A stretch of DNA of 64,000 nucleotides from assembly GCA_041737295.1 (NCBI GenBank), contig JBGSSA010000030.1, positions 24,193-88,192 on the forward strand, given 5' to 3'. The first letter of the stretch is position 1. Each line of letters begins with the position of its first letter. The position numbers and the translations under genes were made by a program. This DNA is from Bacteroidales bacterium (GTDB lineage: Bacteria > Bacteroidota > Bacteroidia > Bacteroidales > UBA10428). Under the pieces are notes generated by a model. It saw nothing but the letters and a program-made list of their open reading frames with translations. It was not told the origin of the DNA and searched no databases. This document shows positions 58,459 through 64,000 of the stretch, piece by piece.

Positions 58459-60012
58459 ATGTTAGAAAACATTGACCTCTCATTAGTAAACTGGTCCCGA
58501 GGACAATTTGCCCTTACGGCAATCTACCACTGGATCTTTGTACCGCTTACGCTCGGACTGTCTTTCATTATTGCCATGATGGAAACGATATATGTTCGCA
58601 CGGGCAGGGAAGAATGGAAGAAAATTACGCAGTTCTGGATGACGCTTTTCGGGGTAAACTTTGCCATTGGTGTGGCCACCGGCATTATCCTTGAATTTGA
58701 GTTTGGAACAAACTGGTCGAATTATTCCTGGTTTGTAGGCGATATTTTTGGGGCGCCACTGGCCATTGAAGGGATCATGGCCTTTTTTCTCGAAACAACG
58801 TTTGTTGCAGTCATGTTTTTTGGATGGAATAAGGTGAGCAAGCGATTCCACCTCACCTCAACATGGCTGGTGGCATTCGGTGCTAACCTGTCTGCCTTAT
58901 GGATACTTGTCGCCAATGCCTGGATGCAGAGCCCTGTGGGTATGCATTTTAATCCAGAGCTTGCCCGCAATGAGATGCTGAATTTCTGGGACGTATTCCT
59001 CTCCCCCGTTGCCATTCATAAATTTATTCATACCATTACATCCGGCTTTGTCCTGGCCTCTATTTTTGTAATCGGCATCAGCGCCTGGTACATGCTTAAA
59101 AAGCGAGAACTTTTCATGGCCAAGCGCAGCATACTGATTGCATCTGTATTTGGACTGATCTCCTCTGTAATGCTGATCTGGTCAGGTGATGGTTCCACCC
59201 GGCAGCTTGTACACATTCAACCCATGAAGTTTGCAGCTATTGAGGGACTCTACAATGGCCAGACCGGGGCAGGACTGGTAGCCCTTGGAATCATGTCAAC
59301 TGCACCTGGCGATACCAATTCAAGGAATGTAAAGGATTTTACATTCCAAATTGAAATTCCAAATTTCCTTTCCTACATGGCTTATGGGAAATTCGACGCA
59401 TTTGTGCCCGGGGTAAACGACCTTGTGGATGGTAATTTTGATCGAAATATTATGCCTGTCAGCGATAAGATGGAGCGTGGCAAGGTGGCGCGGGAAACCC
59501 TCGCGGATCTCAAAACTGCACGGGATAAGGGAGATACGGTGCAATATGCCCTTGTTAAAGCAAAATTTGAAGATCCTGACTTCAAAAATAATTACTTCCG
59601 CTATTTTGGCTACGGCTTTTTGAATCATCCCAATGATGTAATTCCCAATGTGCCGCTTTCATTCTACAGTTTCCATATCATGGTAGGCCTCGGGTTTTAT
59701 TTTCTGTTGCTTATGATGATCCTCATTTATTATGTATACACTGACAAACTCGAAAACAGGAGGTTCCTGTTGCGGCTGGCAGTGCTTACAGTTCCGCTTG
59801 CCTACCTGGCCAGCCAGGCCGGCTGGATTGTTGCTGAAATGGGGCGTCAGCCATGGGTTATCCAGGACCTTCTCCCTACCATGGCAGCCGTCTCACATAT
59901 TTCTACCACCTCGGTACAGGTAACATTCTGGATGTTTGCCGTGCTTTTCACAGCCCTGCTTGTTGCCGAGCTGAGTATTATGTTCAGACTGATAAAAAAC
60001 GGATCTAAATAA
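58459..60012 (+). CDS. cydA: Cytochrome bd ubiquinol oxidase subunit I
   Basis: FALTAIYHWIFVPLT, EFEFGTNW, QPMKFAAIEG, AEMGRQPW. Confidence 0.97.
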   Translation: MLENIDLSLVNWSRGQFALTAIYHWIFVPLTLGLSFIIAMMETIYVRTGREEWKKITQFWMTLFGVNFAIGVATGIILEFEFGTNWSNYSWFVGDIFGAPLAIEGIMAFFLETTFVAVMFFGWNKVSKRFHLTSTWLVAFGANLSALWILVANAWMQSPVGMHFNPELARNEMLNFWDVFLSPVAIHKFIHTITSGFVLASIFVIGISAWYMLKKRELFMAKRSILIASVFGLISSVMLIWSGDGSTRQLVHIQPMKFAAIEGLYNGQTGAGLVALGIMSTAPGDTNSRNVKDFTFQIEIPNFLSYMAYGKFDAFVPGVNDLVDGNFDRNIMPVSDKMERGKVARETLADLKTARDKGDTVQYALVKAKFEDPDFKNNYFRYFGYGFLNHPNDVIPNVPLSFYSFHIMVGLGFYFLLLMMILIYYVYTDKLENRRFLLRLAVLTVPLAYLASQAGWIVAEMGRQPWVIQDLLPTMAAVSHISTTSVQVTFWMFAVLFTALLVAELSIMFRLIKNGSK

Positions 60013-60024
60013 GGAGGATTAATT

Positions 60025-61182
60025 ATGTTCGGATCATTTACATATTTTGCACTGCAGCAGTATTGGTGGGCCATAATTTCCCTGCTGGGATCCCTCCTCG
60101 TGTTCCTGCTTTTTGTACAGGGCGGCCAGACTCTCCTGTATACCCTGGGGAAAAACGAACAGGAACGGACAATGCTGGTGAATGCCCTTGGCCGCAAATG
60201 GGAGATTACGTTTACAACCCTTGTTACTTTTGGCGGAGCATTTTTCGCATCCTTTCCCCTGTTTTATTCAACAAGCTTCGGAGGAGCTTACTGGGTATGG
60301 ATATTGATCCTCTTCTGTTTCATAGTGCAGGCCGTTGCCTACGAATTCCGTACGAAACCCAGGAACCTGTTCGGCCAAAGAACGTATGAAATGTTCCTTT
60401 ATTTCAATGGCGCATTAGGTACCATCCTGCTGGGCACTGCAGTGGCAACCTTCTTTACCGGCTCCAGCTTCAGCGTTGATTTTAATAACATTACCAGGGT
60501 AAGCGATCCGGTCATATCAAGGTGGGAATCCCCGTTCAGGGGACTGGAAGCTGCATTCAACATACAGAACCTGATGCTTGGCCTTACCGTTTTCTTCCTG
60601 GCACGCATACTGGCCACCTTGTTCTTTATGCATACAATCGACCATGAAGTGATCATTCAACGAACAAAAAAATCCCTTCTCAGGAACACGATCCCTTTCC
60701 TTGTCGTTTTTCTGACATTTGTTGCACTGTTGCTCACCAGTAAAGGATTTGCCGTGGATCCTGATACCGGGATTGTTCAGTACGAAGCATTTAAATACCT
60801 GCATAACCTGCTGCAGATGCCTGCTGTGGCATTGTTGTTCCTTGCCGGTACCGTACTGGTACTGTGCGGCATTGCACTTGGCCTCTTCAGCAGGATCCAG
60901 GCAAAGGCTATCTGGTTCGGGGGATTCGGAACCGTATTTGTAGTATTCAGCCTCTTTGCCCTGGCCGGGTATAACAATACCGCTTATTATCCGTCCACAC
61001 ACGACCTCCAGAGTTCTCTTACCCTGGCCAACAGTTCATCAAGCCGATACACCCTGATGATCATGAGCTGGGTGTCACTTTTTGTACCGGTTGTGTTAGC
61101 CTATATCATCTATGTATGGCGCCAGATGACCCGTGTAAAAATTACGGCAGGCGAAATGCAAAACGAACACCATAAATACTAA
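60025..61182 (+). CDS. cydB: Cytochrome bd ubiquinol oxidase subunit II
   Basis: GRKWEITFTTLVTFGGAFFASFP; SSLTLANSSSS; follows cydA. Confidence 0.95.
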   Translation: MFGSFTYFALQQYWWAIISLLGSLLVFLLFVQGGQTLLYTLGKNEQERTMLVNALGRKWEITFTTLVTFGGAFFASFPLFYSTSFGGAYWVWILILFCFIVQAVAYEFRTKPRNLFGQRTYEMFLYFNGALGTILLGTAVATFFTGSSFSVDFNNITRVSDPVISRWESPFRGLEAAFNIQNLMLGLTVFFLARILATLFFMHTIDHEVIIQRTKKSLLRNTIPFLVVFLTFVALLLTSKGFAVDPDTGIVQYEAFKYLHNLLQMPAVALLFLAGTVLVLCGIALGLFSRIQAKAIWFGGFGTVFVVFSLFALAGYNNTAYYPSTHDLQSSLTLANSSSSRYTLMIMSWVSLFVPVVLAYIIYVWRQMTRVKITAGEMQNEHHKY

Positions 61183-61262
61183 ATCATCCGCCTTCGCTGA
61201 AGTTTCAGCGGGCGAAGCAAATCATCAAATCAGCAAATCAGCAAATCAACAAATCAACAAAT
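61183..61262 (+). repeat. Dispersed intergenic element copy B
   Basis: CCGCCTTCGCTGAAGTTTCAGCGGGCGAAGC followed by five AAATCA(T/G/A)C octamers. Confidence 0.8.
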
Positions 61263-61265
61263 AAA

Positions 61266-61403
61266 ATGTATACCCAATCCATATTATTTTTGCTCAGCTG
61301 GCCGGTACTCATCCTGGTTTCATGGTTCGTCATACGCTATGTGATAGACCAGTATGAAAAAAAGGAAGCTAAACAGAAGGCGCAGTCGGGACAGATCAGC
61401 TGA
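61266..61403 (+). CDS. 45-aa single-TM protein, candidate cytochrome bd small subunit (not in ORF track)
   Basis: Hand translation: MYTQSILFLLSWPVLILVSWFVIRYVIDQYEKKEAKQKAQSGQIS*. Confidence 0.65.
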   Translation: MYTQSILFLLSWPVLILVSWFVIRYVIDQYEKKEAKQKAQSGQIS

Positions 61404-61409
61404 TCAGAA

Positions 61410-62153
61410 TCACGGCATTTTCACGAACCAATTGTCCGCAAGCGACAAGAGGATATAAAGCAGGATAATGGCTGCCAGTGATGGGAGTCCGTAAAAGGCA
61501 AGAAGTACTATGGATCCTGCAATAAGCAGGTACCGCAGGCTGTTTTCCCTGAAACCGGTGGATGATAATTTGAGTGAAAACATAGGCAGGTTGCAGATAA
61601 GCAAAAAACACGATAAAACGATTGTTACAAGTAGGAATGGCAGGTTATGGACAATTTCCCGTAAAAAATAAAACCCGGATTCAGAAGCAAAACCAAGGGC
61701 AATAATAAAAAGGGCGTTTGCCGGTGTTGCCAGTCCCCTGAAATTTTTGACCTGCTTCGTGTCGATATTGAATTTTGCAAGTCTGAGTGCTGAAAATGCG
61801 GCAACCAGGAATGGACTGTACAAAATAACTACCTGCCATGGAAGCAGTTCCCCGGCACCGGGCTGGGAACCCCCGGTAAAAGAATGCAGGATCAGCCGGT
61901 AAAGGATCATGGCAGGGGCCACACCAAAACTGATCACGTCGGCCAATGAATCAAGCTGCTTGCCGAATTCTGACATGGCGTTCAACAATCGGGCTGCCAT
62001 GCCATCAACAAAATCAAGCACTGCCGAGACAAGGATAAAATATCCGGCAAGGGTAAGGTCTCCCTGTGTAGTTGTAATAACAATGGAAATACATCCGGAA
62101 ATGAGGGATAGACTTGTAAAAAAACTGGGCAGGCTCCTGGCAATAATTTTCAT
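61410..62153 (-). CDS. pssA: CDP-alcohol phosphatidyltransferase (phosphatidylserine synthase-like)
   Basis: DFVDGMAAR...S.FGKQLDSLADVISFGVAP; RLAKFN. Confidence 0.88.
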   Translation of the reverse strand: MKIIARSLPSFFTSLSLISGCISIVITTTQGDLTLAGYFILVSAVLDFVDGMAARLLNAMSEFGKQLDSLADVISFGVAPAMILYRLILHSFTGGSQPGAGELLPWQVVILYSPFLVAAFSALRLAKFNIDTKQVKNFRGLATPANALFIIALGFASESGFYFLREIVHNLPFLLVTIVLSCFLLICNLPMFSLKLSSTGFRENSLRYLLIAGSIVLLAFYGLPSLAAIILLYILLSLADNWFVKMP

Positions 62154-62298
62154 GTGGCTCAGTTATATAAAAGAATCCCTAAATTAAGGATGTTTTTGAA
62201 AGGTGTGTACATAATTGAGGTTAATTTCCTACTTTTGTTTTTCACCCGAATTGTCAAAAGGAAGGTTTTCATACTAATTTAATTTAAGCTTTACACGG

Positions 62299-62724
62299 AT
62301 GAAAATTGCAGTCGATTTTGATGGAACCATCGTTGAACATCGTTATCCCCAGATAGGCGAAGAAAAATTATTTGCATTTGAGACATTGAAACAATTGCAG
62401 AAACTAGGTCACCAGTTAATCCTGTGGACATTCCGTCATGGTAAGGAACTGGATGAAGCTGTAGAATACTGCCAGAAAAAGGGCATTATTTTTTATGCAG
62501 TGAATAAAAGTTATCCCGAAGAAGTTTTTGAAATGGAACATTTCAGCCGGAAAATCGATGTGGATTTATTTATCGATGACAGGAATGTGGGCGGATTTCC
62601 GGGCTGGAGTGAAATCTGGCAGATGCTGAATCCCGACTATGCAGACTCGGAATATAATGAACTCAGCAGCCTTACCCGCGGAAATACCCGGGTGGGAAGC
62701 CGGCTGAAAAAACTTTTCCAGTAA
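62299..62724 (+). CDS. Small HAD-superfamily phosphatase-like protein (BT0820-like)
   Basis: IAVDFDGTIV, LILWT, IDDRN; TACTTTTG promoter motif at 62230. Confidence 0.85.
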   Translation: MKIAVDFDGTIVEHRYPQIGEEKLFAFETLKQLQKLGHQLILWTFRHGKELDEAVEYCQKKGIIFYAVNKSYPEEVFEMEHFSRKIDVDLFIDDRNVGGFPGWSEIWQMLNPDYADSEYNELSSLTRGNTRVGSRLKKLFQ

Positions 62725-62740
62725 TTCCCCTGGTTGAAAA

Positions 62741-63838
62741 ATGCTTGTCTCCCTTAGAATAGCCCATGTTGCACCGGCAGTAATACTGATCCTGCTGTTA
62801 AGCTGCTGCCGCAAACATGCCCCCGGTAATAACACTCATGAAACCAACCCACGTCCATCCATCACCCGTGTGACCAGTCCGAAAAACGGGACCATCATTA
62901 CCTGCGGTGATTCGGTTAAGATCAGTCTTTCACCTGTAGCTTCCGGGAACAAAGTGGATTCGGTGTTGATCACCTCCGGACAGAACGCTGTACTGCGCTT
63001 AAAAGAAAAAACGGATGGTTACTGGCATTCAGGAAAAAGCAAGGTGGGACAGGTGACATTGAAGGTACAGGTATATTATAATGACTCTCTGCAGGAATCG
63101 CATGCTGCCAGCCTTGTAATCCTGTCGGATGTTATTCCTCAAAAATATTCTTACCGGGTAGTTAACCAGTACCCCCATGATGCCGGGGCTTATACGCAGG
63201 GGCTCGTTTTTGAAAATGGCAAATTATATGAAAGCACGGGACTCGAAGAACATTCCTCCGTGCGGATCGTAAATATCAGCACAGGCAAGCCGGAAAAGAT
63301 GATGCCGCTGTCAAAAGATTTCTTCGGCGAGGGAATTGCACTCTTTAAAGACCAGATCTACCAGGTTACTTATAAAAGCCAGGTAGGTTTTGTATATGAT
63401 AAGAACACACTGGAACATATCCGAAGCTTTGATTATCAGATCAGGGAAGGATGGGGACTTACTACGGACGGCGAACTCCTTGTGATGAGCGACGGCTCAT
63501 CACAATTGTATTTTATTGAACCTGAATTTTTTACACAGGTGAACAAAATAGACGTCTTTGATAACAAGGGAATGATCCCGTCCCTGAATGAACTGGAGTA
63601 TATCCGCGGAAAAATACTGGCCAATGTATATGGCGAAAGTTATATTGTGGTGATTGACCCGGGTTCCGGAAAAGTGTTGGGGAAACTCGACCTCCAGGCA
63701 CTCATGCCGAAAGGATCCGTAGGGGATCTGAACCAGGTTCTCAATGGCATCGCATACAATTCACTCACAGGTCATCTGTATGTTACCGGTAAGCGCTGGC
63801 CTGTTTTATATGAAATTGCTTTAAGTCCTGCCCTCTGA
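62741..63838 (+). CDS. Glutaminyl-peptide cyclotransferase (beta-propeller type), lipoprotein
   Basis: Lipobox LLSC; YTQGL, ESTG, FGEG, EGWGL, LNELE, LNGIA, TGKRW. Confidence 0.92.
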   Translation: MLVSLRIAHVAPAVILILLLSCCRKHAPGNNTHETNPRPSITRVTSPKNGTIITCGDSVKISLSPVASGNKVDSVLITSGQNAVLRLKEKTDGYWHSGKSKVGQVTLKVQVYYNDSLQESHAASLVILSDVIPQKYSYRVVNQYPHDAGAYTQGLVFENGKLYESTGLEEHSSVRIVNISTGKPEKMMPLSKDFFGEGIALFKDQIYQVTYKSQVGFVYDKNTLEHIRSFDYQIREGWGLTTDGELLVMSDGSSQLYFIEPEFFTQVNKIDVFDNKGMIPSLNELEYIRGKILANVYGESYIVVIDPGSGKVLGKLDLQALMPKGSVGDLNQVLNGIAYNSLTGHLYVTGKRWPVLYEIALSPAL

Positions 63839-64000
63839 TTATTCTGATTTGCAGCATTTTACACTAGGATGTTCGCTGTCAGGCATCTGGCCTGTATTGT
63901 TAATAACTTGTTCATAAATGCGAATTGATTGTTTACAAATGGGAGAATTAAAAAAAATTTCATTGGCTTATTAAATTGTATTTTTGAATCCGCACAAGTT

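Overview
64-kb chromosomal window from a Bacteroidota genome, probably an anaerobic Bacteroidales-like lineage. Evidence: TAnnTTTG promoters, T9SS C-terminal domains, DUF3127/DUF4492, and signal peptides followed by Gln. Order of content: a sulfur-transfer end (YeeE, rhodanese, IscS); a molybdoenzyme cluster (IorAB-like, cytochrome c, XdhC, MocA, MoaADE, MoeB); a TonB receptor with a LytS/LytTR module; an AT-rich AraC islet; housekeeping genes (acyl-CoA ligase, sialate esterase, aroC/aroA, parC/parE, lysS, aroK); and an oxygen-handling block (fprA, cydAB). The most striking part is 35.6-56.9 kb. A translationally coupled five-gene operon encodes a nucleotide-transporter-like/HEAT/cNMP-fold fusion, a multi-TIR protein, a transmembrane nSTAND1 NTPase-WD40 receptor, a TPR-beta-barrel outer-membrane protein and a lipoprotein. 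It is followed by two paralogous giant T9SS surface proteins, and the whole is a candidate trans-envelope NLR/TIR-like signalling system. Other notable items: a 267-bp foldback element that supplies the iscS stop codon, a dispersed hairpin-plus-octamer intergenic element, a ParC with a long repeat tether ending in a clamp-binding-like motif (QMSLF), an AroC with altered active-site motifs, and an unannotated 45-aa ORF after cydB. No rRNA, tRNA, CRISPR array or transposase was seen. All family calls come from motif recognition by eye; no database searches were run.
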